A stretch of 61,393 bases of DNA, filler included, from Dugesia japonica (GCA_001938525.1; 5 parts of 5 records of this genome joined end to end with filler, not necessarily neighbours in it), one strand, 5' to 3'; shown: positions 13,365 to 26,720, numbered from the whole stretch's first letter. Made by a program: numbers and translations. The notes: generated by a model from the letters alone, not told the origin.

Positions 13365-14850
13365 ATAGATAGTGGCACTCGTAGCCAGCACACATGCAGT
13401 ACCCTCCAGAATAAGTGATGTAATGAAACTTAATCCGAATGCATTCAGATGGGAGTTTTAAAAAATGACATCATATTAGGTAATATTAAGAAATGGGATT
13501 AAGTAGCTATAGATTTGCCTGTGTATTTAGTTAGGAAATTTGTTTGCACACAAATTATGTCATAAGATTAATTTCATCCGTGAAATTTTACTTAATAGGA
13601 TTAAGTGGCTATTTATTTCCCTGTGGTTTTAGCTGGGAAAATTTTTCAAGCTAATTAGGCGGCAAAGTGGCTATGTATTTTCCTATGGCTTTAGTTGGGA
13701 ATATTTTTGAGGTTTTTTTAGCAGTAATATTTTTTTAGGCTTTTTAGTTGGGAATTTATTCTGTGAGGTTGAATGTGGTCAATTTTTGGTTGGTTCAGGT
13801 GAATTTGGTTGGAAATTCACTCGGAAATTTTTCTATAAATAATATTAATGAATTTGTGAAATTTTTTGAACATTTTCTAACTAATGATAATAAAATTGAA
13901 AACGTTATAAAAACCTTGCTAAAGTAGTTAAAATGTTAGAAGGGCTGGATTCGGACTTCCATGCTACCTTAAATTTTTTATAATCTGGCTATTTTAAGAA
14001 ATTTAATAAAAATTTAAGCTCAAAAGCTCCCACAACCAACACTCTCTAGGAAACCCTTACTCAATTTTTTCAGTGTTTCAATAAGTTTGTTTTATCTGAT
14101 CTTAATTCTAAGACTCTCAGATCCACTGTTATCATCGGAAATAGAACTCTGCCGAACTTTAATATAAAAAACCAGTAGGCTGTGATAATATAACTATCGG
14201 GAACAAGTCATTCAAAAATTTTACCATCAACATCTCAAATAGTGAATCTACTAAGACTACTAGAGACTTTAATTATGGAATTAACAAAATGAATAATTGC
14301 TGAACATCTGATAACAGTGACAGCAGGGTTGAGTGGGTATTCCGAAAATTGGGTTAACATTAGACCAAAAGGGTCTAAAGGTTTGACAAACGGATTAGAT
14401 AATATTAGTAGTATTTTATACATTCCTTCTGCAGCTCACTCTGATTATCTCTATAGCTCTCGTAAAAAGGGTGGAGTGGGTCTCACATTGGCTCGAGTTG
14501 TGGCCAGCAATGATCTTATTCATACTGCCAGTAAATATCTCAAACACCCTAAAAACTGCTCTATTAATGAGACGCTTGATTGGCTTCATATCAATATCGC
14601 CAACTCTTACTACAAGTACTGGTGATCCAAAATCCAAACAGCGATTGCGCACCTCAAAAATACCTTTTAATATTGAGATAAGGATCCAGCGCAATGAACT
14701 TAGAACCTGTATCCACATTGTTGATAAAATCTCGCGGGGCAACCATCTTATTTCTTTCATTGAGAAAAGATATGTTAATAAGCTTCTTCATTCTCTGTTG
14801 AGCTGATCACACACTAGAAAATGGAACGCTTTTACTAAGCCTGGCACACT
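13365..14850 (+). mobile_element. Degraded non-LTR retrotransposon with repeat-rich 5' region
   Basis: YLYSSRKKGGVGL (RT thumb motif) in ORF 14317-14625; 5' part has ~60-bp subrepeats and starts with TAGATAGTGGC, also found at 1189 and 29995. Confidence 0.5.
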
Positions 14851-15439
14851 TTCTTTATCGACTACTGTGCAATTTCATAAAATATTTATCGACTACTATG
14901 AAATTTCAGATAATTTTTATCAACTACTATAAAATTTCAGATTAAATCTCACGAGTTTCAGTAAATTTTCTCCTTACTTAATTTTGTCCTTACTTATCAT
15001 TTTTCTAACTTAAAGCAAAGAAACTTACTGAGAATGAAGCGAAACCTAGTTTGGATCAGAAATAATTGAATACTTGCTTGCTTGTCTATGTTTTGGTGTA
15101 AGTGTTGAAAATATCAACAAATCCTAATGTAGTGTATTGAATATATCTAATTTAATGGTCTTATATTCGATGATAAACTAATATTTTTATTATAAAACCC
15201 ATATTTAACTATTTATTTGAAAGATTTTTTTCGAAAATTAATGTTTTCACATAAATTCAAGTCGATGTATCTTTACTGATAATTATTTGAAAATTATTAA
15301 ATCCATCATACTTAATCTATTCAATCTATATGGGTTATTTCTAATTGTTTAGAAATTATTTCAATGAATCAATGCTTAATAAACATTTTCTATTATAAAT
15401 TAAATTTTAATTAGATTTTTTACGCTAAAAACTCGTCAA

Positions 15440-17592
15440 ATTCCTTTTACAAAATTCAATGGATGATAAAGAAGTTAAAAATGAAATTAAAATACGACAT
15501 ATAGCTGTTGAAAAAATGAAAAAAATTATATTTAAAATTGATGAATTGAAAAAGGAAATGGAACCAGAATATGGAATATCAGCGTTGAAGAAAAAATTAC
15601 ATATTGCAACAGTAGCGCGTGAAATTCCAAATTCAAATAATAGATTTAATAAACCAAGATTCAATGGAAATTTAAATGAAAGTAAAAGTTATGAGCAGAA
15701 AATTGATTCTAAGATATATCGACGAAATATCGGAAATTTTATGAGAAGAAATTATGAACCAAATGTTCAGACTTTAAGAGTGAGAAAATGATGGGCATGT
15801 AGAGAAGGTCACATACTCTCACCATGTCCTAATGTTAAATTTTCGCATTGTAAGAATCCTGGACATCTCAGATTTCAATGCCATGAAATTTATCCTTTGA
15901 GAGCAGAAAGAAGACAAATGTATAACAAGCCACGAAGATTTCAAATAAATGCCTATGATGATAATGATACCTGTCCCAGTGATGGAGTAGATCAAGTATA
16001 TAATTCGGAAAATGTCAAAGCTCTGATGAGGGAAGATGCAGATGGAGCAATAAATCTAGGTTAGATAATAATGTTTTGAGTACTAATGTATGTGATATGA
16101 ATGCTTGTGAATGTTTGTTTTATTTAAGTAATGAAAATTATAAAAAATTGAATGATTTTATTTTGCTTGAATGAATGTAAATATTTGTTGATTGATGATT
16201 TATTTAATAAAACTTTAGAATATAAAAATTAATATTTTATAGATAACATTTTAATTTCTATGACGTTTCAGTTTTAAATAAGGATTCAAATTGTTAGGTA
16301 AGTCTTCAATTGGTAATTGGTTATTCAAATCAGAACTAATATTTTTAGACATTTTTTTTTCTACTTCAACTCTAAATTTAATAAGAGAAATGATAATTGA
16401 ATAGTAGCTTAAAAATCTTTATCCAGAATTAACTCAATTTGTATTGGCTCAAAATTATTAAATAATAATTATTTTCTCATACAAATAATGTAAATTTAAT
16501 AAATAATTATGAAGATAAGATTGTGTATCATAAAATGTCAGGAAAATCATGTTTAAAGTTAAAATTAAATAACGAATTAAATGTTAATTGTCTACTTGAT
16601 ACTGGTGCTAAGATTAATAAATAATGATAATTAAATAATAATTAATAATAATAATTAATAAAACTAAAAGTGAATATATTAATGTTACTTGTGCTAATGA
16701 AAGTCAACTAAAAATAATAGGAATTATTATATTAAAAATTACACTTAATAATCATACAGAATATATTAAGTTTTATGTTGCAGAAAATATTTCTCCCAAT
16801 GTTATTGAAGGAATTGATTTTTTATCTAAATTTAGTATAAAATTAAAAATGCTAAATCATATTAATAAAGAAATATTGGAAATAAAAACTATGAACTTTA
16901 AAAATTAGGTGAATAAAAATATTAATGATATAATTAAACGATTTTCAGACATTTTTATGAAAGATAAATTGGATGTAGGTAAGACAACACTATTAAAACA
17001 CGAAATTGTTACCCACGATGGTCTAGTTGCAGTAAATCCTAGGCTACAGCCTATTCATTTAGGAGATAAAATTAATAAGGCTATTTTAGAAATGGAAGAA
17101 AAAGATGTAATTAAACAATGGGATTCTGAGTGGAATAGTTCATTAGTTTGTGTTTGGAAGAAATAGAAAAAAGACATTAGAATTTGCTTGGATTTTAGAT
17201 TATTGAATAATATAACGGAGAGACCATTGTTCCCAATACCAAATATAGGAGAAATGCTTGATATTTTCAATGGATCAAAATATTTTACAGCGGTAGATTT
17301 CAGTAATGAATATTACCAGGTAGAATTAGAGGAAAGTTCAAAATACAAAACGGCCTTTTCTGCAAGGTTTGTTCCATTTTGCTTCAACCAAATGCCATTT
17401 AGAATAGTTGCAGCACCAGCAAAATTTCAAAAATTAATGAAAAAAGTATTAGGACCCTTAAATTGGAAAGAAAATATTGTTTATCTTAATGATATACTGA
17501 TATTTTTTTAAAACTGAGAAAGAGCATATAAAAAGATTGGAAAATGTTTTTAATAAAATCAAAAATTCAAGTTTGAAATTAAGTTCTGATAA

Positions 17593-17595
<3 letters not shown>
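15440..17595 (+). mobile_element. Ty3/Gypsy LTR retrotransposon remnant (gag, protease, RT)
   Basis: CCHC remnant CKNPGHLRFQC, protease LLDTGA (~16594), RT motifs DFRLLN, YFTAVDF..YYQV, FNQMPF, VYLNDILIF. Confidence 0.9.
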
Positions 17596-17630
<35 letters not shown>

Positions 17631-17669
17631 GGGTCATGGGTGATATGGCTCAAAAAATATATCACGCAC

Positions 17670-17769
17670 NNNNNNNNNNNNNNNNNNNNNNNNNNNNNNN
17701 NNNNNNNNNNNNNTTAATTAATTAANNNNNNNNNNNNNNNNNNNNNNNNNNNNNNNNNNNNNNNNNNNN
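17670..17769. other. Artificial contig linker N44-TTAATTAATTAA-N44 (also 27974-28073, 37676-37775, 52146-52245)
   Basis: Identical 100-bp spacer with stops in all six frames, present four times. Confidence 0.95.

Positions 17770-17831
<62 letters not shown>
17770..17831. repeat. (TTA)n microsatellite
   Basis: Seen directly. Confidence 0.95.
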
Positions 17832-17833
<2 letters not shown>

Positions 17834-18084
17834 AATAATAATACACACTTAAAATATAAGAAAATTTTAATTATTTCATTAACTTATCCTCTTTATAATA
17901 AAATTTATAATTTAGATTTGTAGGAGTTCTATCAACAGATTTTCAAACAGAAATTTTCATTAATATATAAATAATACTTTTGCAAGAACTTCTTCTGATC
18001 GAAGTTTCCACAAATTTTTCCAAATAAAATGATTTCGATATAATTCTTTCCATGTTTTCTCCTGTGATTTAATTATAATTCGTA

Positions 18085-18395
18085 TTAAGAACAAAATTTT
18101 ATTACATCAGAATGCCGAGCAAAAGTATTCATTAGAAAATTTTCATTGATTAAATCATTGTTTATTTCATTGAATTTATGAAAATACATGGATGCTGACC
18201 TGAAATTTAAAATCCCGCTAAAATCTCTTAGAAACAACCTTTTCCAAGTCGTATTTTCTAAAGATTTATTTATACAATACCAAGTCCAAGAAACCTGTGA
18301 ACATCTACATAAATCTTTGGCATCTAAATATTCCATAATAACTAAAAGCAAATCGTTAGACAAAGCACTATGTCTAAATTTCTCTATCATTAGAT
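18085..18395 (-). CDS. F-box domain protein exon (host; may be partial or a pseudogene)
   Basis: LSNDLLLVIMEYLDAKDLCRCSQVSWTW...WKRLF fits the F-box consensus; AG acceptor at 18397-18396. Confidence 0.75.
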
Positions 18396-19386
18396 CTATT
18401 AATAAAGAAATAAATATAATTCAGCTAAAAAGAACAATTATGTTAAGAACAAAAAGGTTAAAAATTAGTTATTTTAAATTTTACTGAAAATTACTAAAAC
18501 ATTAAATTTAATTTAGCGGATGTCCTTGAAAACAATAAATTAGATTAACAAAATAATAGTCAAACAAATATAAAAGAAAATTTTTCAGATACAAAAAAAG
18601 TAATTTTGTGTATAGTTTACAAAGAATTAATTTATCATTTAATATGAAATTTTTATTAGTACAATATTAATAAAAAAGGCAAAATTTAACTAAATTTCAC
18701 AGCATCTCATATTATCTTAATATTACGTCAATTTAGTTCCAATATTTGTTCTGTTTCTTAATAAAACTTGTGCACTTTTTTGTATTATAATTAGGGATGT
18801 GACCCTGAACCTTTATGATATAATATACATGCCTTATATATCTTATATACAATGACAACTTCTTATATATATTATAATTTGTTTCATCAAATTTGATTGC
18901 AAATTTTGAACCATTTTTGGCATTTTAATTAATTGCTTTAATTTATTGATTATTACTAGTTTCTGAAATTCCTTTGGGCACATCTTTGTCAGTAAATTGA
19001 ATAACTTGTATTTTGTCTCAAAACTGTTTTCAACGAAGAAATTTCAAAGTTTTAATAGAAGCTGAAAATATTAGATTTTTTAAGTTTATAAGAAGCTCAT
19101 ATTTTTATTTTTATCAGAAAGTCATGACAACCTCTCAAAATTATTCCTTAGGTTAATTAGAATACGAAATCCACTACTTTTAAGAAGGTAATAATATACA
19201 AAAAGTAGCCTGTGCATTGAAGGTTACAAAAAAATGCTTAGGGAATGTAACAAATCGAAAGGAAAATTCCTATTAACTTCTGGTTAAGATAAAACAAAGT
19301 ATGTTGGATTTGGAAGCAAAGTGATAGGATTAATAAATAAAATCAATAATTTTATCAAAAGAAATATCTGTATTGTTTAACATATA

Positions 19387-19743
19387 TCAAACATAAAGAC
19401 ATAAGATACCACATATATTTGTATTATTAGGTTGTACTTGTATTTTGTTATAAAAATAATCTTTTTTTAAAAAAGCTTCTAATTCATCTGTTGGTTTAAT
19501 TCCATATGAATCAAAGTAAAACAATCGATCTTTAAAACAAACCCAGTGAGTTCCGTTTTTATTTGAGTTTTGATAATTAATAATAACGTTGTGTTTCTTT
19601 GTTGTCTTTATTTCATAAAGCTCATCATTCATTAATATTTTAACAGGTAGATTTAATTTAATTGAATTATCTTTTAAATCAAAATTTGTTTTAGTATTAA
19701 TTCCAAATGTTTTTAAGAAATCAAGTATCGAATAGCTAATCAT
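19387..19743 (-). CDS. Adenain-like cysteine protease (element B)
   Basis: IINYQ..NGTHWV..FYFDSYG..QVQ..ICGILC, with catalytic H, D and C. Confidence 0.9.
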   Translation of the reverse strand: MISYSILDFLKTFGINTKTNFDLKDNSIKLNLPVKILMNDELYEIKTTKKHNVIINYQNSNKNGTHWVCFKDRLFYFDSYGIKPTDELEAFLKKDYFYNKIQVQPNNTNICGILCLYV

Positions 19744-19799
19744 TTTATTTTATTAAACCGGTTTTAAATGTTTATCATCCATATATTTAAACAACATAT

Positions 19800-20072
19800 T
19801 CAATCGGGGGATATGTTTGAGACATTTACTATTAACCATAATAATTCTTCATCATCTTTATATTTATTAATATATTCTATTATATTTTTATTCTTTAGTT
19901 TTACGAAGTGGTCTATTATATGATCACACCCAAATTTTAAAATAGATTTAAATGCTTTTTCATTTCCTATAAAATAATGATAACCTTCTTTATCATTGAG
20001 AGCATATTTTGTAACAAACTTAGCAAATCTTTTATTATCTGCTTGTTTTTTTACTATCTGTTTGTTTTTCAA
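19800..20072 (-). CDS. Hypothetical protein specific to element B
   Basis: 90-aa ORF between penton and protease, with no counterpart at this position in element A. Confidence 0.45.
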   Translation of the reverse strand: MKNKQIVKKQADNKRFAKFVTKYALNDKEGYHYFIGNEKAFKSILKFGCDHIIDHFVKLKNKNIIEYINKYKDDEELLWLIVNVSNISPD

Positions 20073-20289
20073 TAGTATTTATTTTTTGTGATGTTGTTAA
20101 AATACTGTAGTCATCTGTAGTTGTCTGTAGCGGACCAAAGTTGTTCATATATGATTCTTTTCTGTCGGAAGTAACTACAGTTGTCTGAAAAGTCTGTAGT
20201 TGTTCGCGGATGGTCGTGGGTTATTGTAGTTGACTATAGTTAGACTTTGGACTGTTTGTAGACTTCCATAGTTGACTAAAGTTGGACTT

Positions 20290-20991
20290 TAAACTATCTG
20301 TAGACGTACTAAAGGTTTCTCCGTTAAAATCAATTAAATTATTAAATTCATCAACAACAGAAATCCTAATTGATTCAATTAACCTTTTAGTTACAGGAAT
20401 ATAAATAGGGTTAGACNNNNNNNNNNNNNNNNNNNNNNNNNNNNNNNNNNNNNNNNNNNNNNNNNNNNNNNNNNNNNNNNNNNNNNNNNNATTAACATAA
20501 CTACCTTTAATTAAATCGCAAGTAATATTTATCGTTGTAATATTTATTATTTGAATATTATTTGCGCTAGTATATTTCCCTCTCGTATTATAAATACCCG
20601 GATTAAAAGAATTGTATGAAAGAAAAAGGTATTTTCAATGATTAGTATTTGATCTTTTGGAACAGTTAATTCACATTTAGATGTAGATAAATCAACTTTG
20701 ATTTCCATTTTAAATAATTTAAGCTTTTCAATTAATTCTTTAATTTCATAGGCTCTGGGAATAATTGTGATTACTTTATCATTTAATTGAAATTTATTAT
20801 TTGAATTATTAATATTGAAAATAGTATTATAACAACTAAACCATAATAATCCTAATTCGTAATTAAAATCTTTATTTAATTCTATAGGTGTGGGAAAATA
20901 TATTTTAAATTCGGATGTTTTTGATTGAGCTGATATGGTTGTTGAAAACTTTGAACTTTGAATTAAGTAGCTTTTCCATTTCCTTTTCCAT
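20290..20991 (-). pseudogene. Minor capsid protein (penton), frameshifted, with a gap (element B)
   Basis: FPTPIELNKDFNYELGLLWFS, PRAYEI, TINITCDLIKG, NPIYIPV..IRISVVDEFNNLIDFNGE; homologous to 44804-45544. Confidence 0.85.
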
Positions 20992-21004
20992 TTTATTTAA
21001 AAAA

Positions 21005-21770
21005 TTAAAAATTTTTATTTTCTTTATAAGATAATTATATTTATCTGTTGAAATCAAATGATTAGTTCTCAATTTACTAAGAATACTTTTAATTTGTTGA
21101 TCAACATTATTATGTCCAGCTTTCTGAGCGGAAAATAATTTGTTTAATTCAATAAATAGATTAATAGAATTCGACGCTTCGCGTCTAGACATCTTCGATG
21201 GCGTATCTTCGTCGTCTTTATCATCACTTATTATTATACCATCTCCTTCTTGAATTATTGGTCCATCATTAGATAAAGCATATTGTTTCAAACTTTTTAT
21301 ATAATTTCCCGAAGATGATTTACATAATTATAATAAATTTAAATATTTTTAAATTTCCTCTTTATTACCAGAGTTTTTACCTAAAATTAAATTTTCTAAT
21401 TCATTTGTAAATATTTCTAAATTATGTGTTTTAGAATATAAATATAATGTTCCATTTTTTTATAAAGCATAAAGGAATAATCATTAATAGTTATAATTCT
21501 ATATTCTAAATTATTTATTTTTTCTTTTGTAAATATAGGACAAATNNNNNNNNNNNNNNNNNNNNNNNNNNNNNNNNNNNNNNNNNNNNNNNNNNNNNNN
21601 NNNNNNNNNNNNNNNNNNNNNNNNNNNNNNNNNNNNNNNNNNNNNNNNNNNNNNNGTTGTTTAATATTTTCAATTGAGGCCAGTTGAGTTGTTAATAATG
21701 TTTTATCTATTCTTTCTAAAGCTTTTAAAGTAGAAGTTTGTTGTTGAGTTAAAACATCATTTAAAATTGT
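21005..21770 (-). pseudogene. Conserved Polinton protein with C-terminal KAGHNN motif (element B)
   Basis: LFSAQKAGHNNV..IKSILSKL and upstream FTNELENLILG lie in one frame; homologous to 43635-44721. Confidence 0.7.
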
Positions 21771-21783
21771 TAATTCAGTTTTG

Positions 21784-22002
21784 TCATATTCCTCCAGCTA
21801 TACCGGTGGCTCCAGATAATCCAGCAATTATTCCGGGAATTAATTCCAATAAAAGTAATATTCCTCCTTCTTTAGCTTCTTCATTTTTAATTGCTTCTTT
21901 AACTTTCTTACCAATCCAATACTTTTTATTATCTACTGAAACAGATTTAGATTTATTAGAATCAATTAATTTTTTTATTTCCGTTTCAGTTATATTAGTC
22001 AT
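21784..22002 (-). CDS. pX-like protein, truncated (element B)
   Basis: YWIGK...KEGGILLLLELIPGIIAGLSGATG; homolog of 43074-43619. Confidence 0.75.
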   Translation of the reverse strand: MTNITETEIKKLIDSNKSKSVSVDNKKYWIGKKVKEAIKNEEAKEGGILLLLELIPGIIAGLSGATGIAGGI

Positions 22003-22021
22003 TATTTTTTAAAATTATAAA

Positions 22022-22793
22022 ATGTCCAGTCTACCAATTTGGAATAAAAATAAAATTATTTAATAATAAAGTTTTACCAAATAATTTTAGATTGTTAATC
22101 ATTGGTTCTTCTGGTTGCGGGAAGAATGTATTATTAATGAAGATGTTATTAGCTGACGATTTCATGGATTATAACAATTTAATATTTTATTCTACNNCTA
22201 TAAATCAAATTGAATTACAAATATTAAAAGAAGGTTTAGAGAATAATTTAACTAAGAAAGCTATTTTAAATATTTTTAATAATCAAGATAGAATACCAGA
22301 TGAAGTAAATACTTCGTATAGTATTGTTGAATGGTATAAAGAAAATATTATTAATTCTGATATAGTAGATAAAAATCAATATATATTAATAGATGAGGAA
22401 AATAAAATTGATGTTACATTTTCTAATAAACCTGAAGATATTATTTATTGTGATAAAAAGAATTAAGTTATATTCGATGACGTAGTAAATATAAAAAATC
22501 AAGATATTCAGACATCTTATTTTACTAGAGGGAGACATAATAATTGTAAAGTTATTTATATATCCCAAACTTATTACGGTTTAGATAAAAACTCAATTAG
22601 AAATAATTCTAATTGTTTTATATTTTTCAAATTAAATAAAAGAGATAAAGATATGGTTTATCATGATTTAATTAGTAATATAGAGCCAGATAAAATGGCG
22701 TTTGATAATTTTATTGTAAATCACTGGAAAGATAAATATAATTATTTCTATTTAGATAGAGAAAAAGAAGAAATTATTCATGATTTGTTATAA
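22022..22793 (+). pseudogene. FtsK/A32-like packaging ATPase (element B, inverted)
   Basis: Walker A IIGSSGCGK, Walker B VIFDD, RGRHNN..YISQ, IRNNSN; 5' frameshift and stop at 22464-22466. Confidence 0.92.
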
Positions 22794-22814
22794 AAAAAAT
22801 TATTTATATTTTCA

Positions 22815-24734
22815 TTAAAAAGATGTTTTTAGTAATTCGTTATTATAAAACCTTCTTAATATATCTTCATTACTTTAATCAGTTATTCCATAAGTAATTG
22901 GTTTAGTATGATAAACTTTAGTTATTATAAAAATTTCATTAGTAAATTTTTTTGTAAATCCTTTTTCAAATTTATTTTTATAATTGAATATTTTTACTCT
23001 ATCTCCTATTTGAAACTTTTGTCTTTTAATTATATTATCATTCTCATGATTGTGTTTATTAATTATATCTTTAATTTTATCAGGATTTTCTGANGCTTCT
23101 TTTNNGGATAACTTAATANTACTATGAATAGAATTATTATATTCATTAACTATTTTATCTAATAATTCTTTATNCCATTCCTGTTTCCCAATTGACGTAA
23201 AATATTTAAACATTTTATTTTTCAAAGTTCTTATTAATCTTTCAGCAAATACAGATTTACCTTCATTCTCTGTATGATATAATTTAATATTATTTTTATT
23301 AAGAAATTTATCAAAGTATTTTGATTTTATTGCTGATTCTTTATCAAACCAAATATAATCAGGTATTCTATNNNNNNNNNNNNNNNNNNNNNNNNNNNNN
23401 NNNNNNNNNNNNNNNNNNNNNTATATTATCATTCTCATGATTGTGTTTATTAATTATATCTTTAATTTTATCAGGATTTTCTGAAGCTTCTTTTGTGGAT
23501 AACTTAATACTACTATGAATAGAATTATTATATTCATTAACTATTTTATCTAATAATTCTTTATTCCATTCCTGTTTCCCAATTGACGTAAAATATTTAA
23601 ACATTTTATTTTTCAAAGTTCTTATTAATCTTTCAGCAAATACAGATTTACCTTCATTCTCTGTATGATATAATTTAATATTATTTTTATTAAGAAATTT
23701 ATCAAAGTATTTTGATTTTATTGCTGATTCTTTATCAAACCAAATATAATCAGGTATTCTATTATTTTCTTCAAATATATTTTCATAAGCTTCTCTTAAA
23801 GATTCTTGAGTTTTATTTATCATAGGAATACAAAAAGCATATCTTGTATATAAATCAATACATACTACAAAATAACGAAACTTTTCCCGATTGGATGATT
23901 TTTAACAATATCTGCAATATCACATCCCCATGTGTGATCTGTATTATATATTTGTACTTTTAAAAATCTTTTTGTTTTTCTGTACTCATAATGTAACTCA
24001 TTAGCATAATTTATTTGGTCATCTCGTGGTTCAATAATTTAAGTATTATCTTCAATTTCTTTGCGTTCTTGCGCCGGCTGTTCAATAATTTTTTGATTAG
24101 CGACCTGATGATCTAAACGCTTTTGCGTTGCTATATTTTTAGTTTGTCTTTCTAATCCGCCTCTAACTAATATTTTTCCTTTCATAGCTAATTTAACTAA
24201 AGCTTTTTGAATCTTTTCTTTAAACGAAGGACTTTCGATATTATTTAAATCATGATTTAAATTTATGTCAGCAATATGTCTATCTCTTAAATCTTTTGAT
24301 TTATAAGCAATATCGTGTTTTAATGCAGCAGCGTCAACTTTATTTATTGGTTCTTCTCCCGGTAAAGGATTATTATTTTCATCTAATCTAATATCCAATC
24401 TTGTATTTGGTCCAGTATAATTATGTCTAAATAAATGTCTTTCACCAGGATATTTTTTAAATGTAAACGGTTTTATTAATAATGAAGTAACTTTAGAAGA
24501 TTGAATATCCCTGTCAGTTTTATCCCACGGGAATTTATTAATAATATTATCAGGCTTTGCCTTAGAACTATGTTCGTCTTTTAATTTAGTCATCATAGAT
24601 AGCCTTTTTATAATTATTTTTCCAACAGGGGAATTAAGATTTTTAATATGTTTATCTGTTCTTTCGTGTCTAGCTTTATGTTTAAGTAAAGTAGAAGAAT
24701 TACATACATTACAATACCAACTTGGTTCAATCAT
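22815..24734 (-). pseudogene. Zinc finger-PLA2-integrase (element B)
   Basis: CNVC..H..H finger; HNYTGP..VDAAALKHDIAY PLA2; one in-frame TAA (24041-24039), then ELHYEYRK..WGCD, a frameshift, then IDLYTRYAF, FAERLIRTLK, FQIGDRV. Partly duplicated across the N gap. Confidence 0.88.
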
Positions 24735-24765
24735 TTTTATTTACTTACTTATTTATTTATAAAGA

Positions 24766-25134
24766 TTAAGCGTCTCCTTTAACATTTTCTATTATTCCTA
24801 TTTTTCCTTCACTTAATCGCATTTCAATTTTCTTTTCTTCAAGAATTAAACAATATAATTTAGCTTTGAAGCCCGGATCTTTGGTACAATGTAAGGTTAC
24901 TTCAACAGTAATAATAGCCAGTATTATTTCAATTTTATAATATAATCGAGAATTACAAATATCTAAAGGATTCGATGATTGTAATGATTGAAAAACAANA
25001 TCTCCTGATTTATTTAAGTTAGAAATAGAACCAGATGTCGGAGAAATCTTTAATATATCATTTTTCTTAATATCGTGTTTAAATTCTTTATTATAATTTA
25101 AATTAAGTTTAGATTTCTGTTCAGATGTCGTCAT
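24766..25134 (-). pseudogene. Major capsid protein with large in-frame internal deletion (element B)
   Basis: N-terminal KNDILKISPTSGSISNLN..NPLDI and C-terminal VTLHCTKD..LYCLILEEK..ENVKG match the two ends of the 442-aa MCP at 39481. Confidence 0.85.
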
Positions 25135-25880
25135 TTTCTTAAGCTTATTATAATATTTATTTGAAAACGTATTAGCTAATTAAATTAATTAAAATATTAT
25201 ATGGCTACTACAAATAGAATCCCTCGCGGGAGACTCTAAATATAGTAACATATATTATTTTCATTATTTATTTAAAATAGTGCAATTTATTTTAACAGTT
25301 CCTAAATCCTTGCTCTTCTTTGCCTAAACCGGGAATTCTTACATTCTCCCAAACATAACTAAAACTGCTATAGCCGTATTTTGTCCGCAAATATTCATTA
25401 TTCTAGTTAAATTGTTTCATGTAATCATAATTTGGCATATTATGATAAAGAGATTGTGATTTAATCTGATTCATATTTTGATTAATACTATTAGTTTTGT
25501 TACATTTACTGCATATATATATATGAATAATGTTTATAAGAAGGTTTATGTTTAAAATATTTTAAATTTTTTTTCTTTTTACATTGTTTACATATTCTTG
25601 TATCTTTATTTTCGCATTCAAAAAATTTTCTATATTGGTTAAAATATCTAAATTTTTCGGCGGTTTAGTCTACGCCACATAATGAACATTTTATTAATTT
25701 ATTAAATAAATCGTCTTTAAATTGATGTTCTTCAAAAGGTAATATATTATTAATAGCTGTCCATTCGTCTAAATGAGAAATCGGGTTTACTGCCATTTTT
25801 GAAAACCAAAATAAAATTAATGCAAATATTCCCAAGCGAAAATATAGAAATTTGGAAAATTATTTCAAAAGACAAAATCT

Positions 25881-26083
25881 TCACACAAGGTGGCCCGCGT
25901 CTTGGAACCACCTACTTTTAAAAATGAAAAAACATAGAGAAACTAATTAATCGCATTGTTGACAAAAACACTTTTAAGAATAAAAAAAAACTCCCATTTA
26001 CTTCACAAAAGTCGGAGAAACATGGGGGATAAATTTTTTCATTTTTAAAAGTAGGTGGTCCAAACGGGGGCCACCTTGTGTGA
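25881..26083. mobile_element. MITE with ~50-bp terminal inverted repeats
   Basis: TCACACAAGGTGGCCC..ACCACCTACTTTTAAAAATGAAAAA and its reverse complement at 26035-26083. Confidence 0.75.
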
Positions 26084-26199
26084 TCTGTCTTATTTTCGGT
26101 GTATATAACCTCGTAAAAAGACATCCAAAATTAAAAATAGGATCGTGTCTTATTGATACGAAAATTCTTTAATGCATTTTTTGAAATATTTCTAGTTTG

Positions 26200-26720
26200 C
26201 GTAGCCCTACCTTTAGTATGTCCCACGCTTTGGTTATATTCTTTATATGAACTTGTTTACCTTTTTTTGTTCGCCTATTCCGAATTCTTTCCATGTTACT
26301 CTTGTGAAATTCTTTATTACTTTGATGTTTTAAAATTTATTTACTAAAAATTAACATTCCTTAAATATTTTCTATTTTCACAAACTTCAGCAAAATTGCT
26401 TTCATATATGCTCCTTTGCTCTACAAGTCGAATATAAAAATTTTTCCAATGAATTTCTTTGTAGTTAGTTTTTCATTTAAGTAAACGTTATCAATTAAGT
26501 ATTCCACATTTTTCAAGTACGTCTCAATAGTTTTACCACTGTTCATGGGGACCGTTAGCTTTATTCAGGATCTGGGCATGAGTCTTCAGTAAGATTTTGC
26601 CCAGCATACATTCATGCTTGTTCTTGTTTGCGACATATTTTATTTTGAAATAAACTTTGCATTGCTTGATGAATATTTTCAGATCATCACATCGGCAAAA
26701 TATTTCGGAAACACACAAGT
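26200..26720 (-). pseudogene. Gypsy gag N-terminal remnant
   Basis: FCRCDDLKIFIKQCKVYF resembles FCRGNDLEKFIKRCKIYF in the gag at ~57050-57110. Confidence 0.55.

Larger units (their letters stand above)
19330..25200 (-). mobile_element. Partial Polinton/Maverick (element B), divergent relative of the 37776-52145 element
   Basis: Homologs of MCP, PLA2-integrase, ATPase, pX-like, AGH-motif protein, penton and protease in the same order; no PolB or TIR recognised. Confidence 0.93.

Noticed and set aside
23031-23762. Apparent tandem duplication of the element B integrase core
   Set aside because: Two essentially identical ~340-bp blocks flank an N gap; this is typical unmerged contig overlap.
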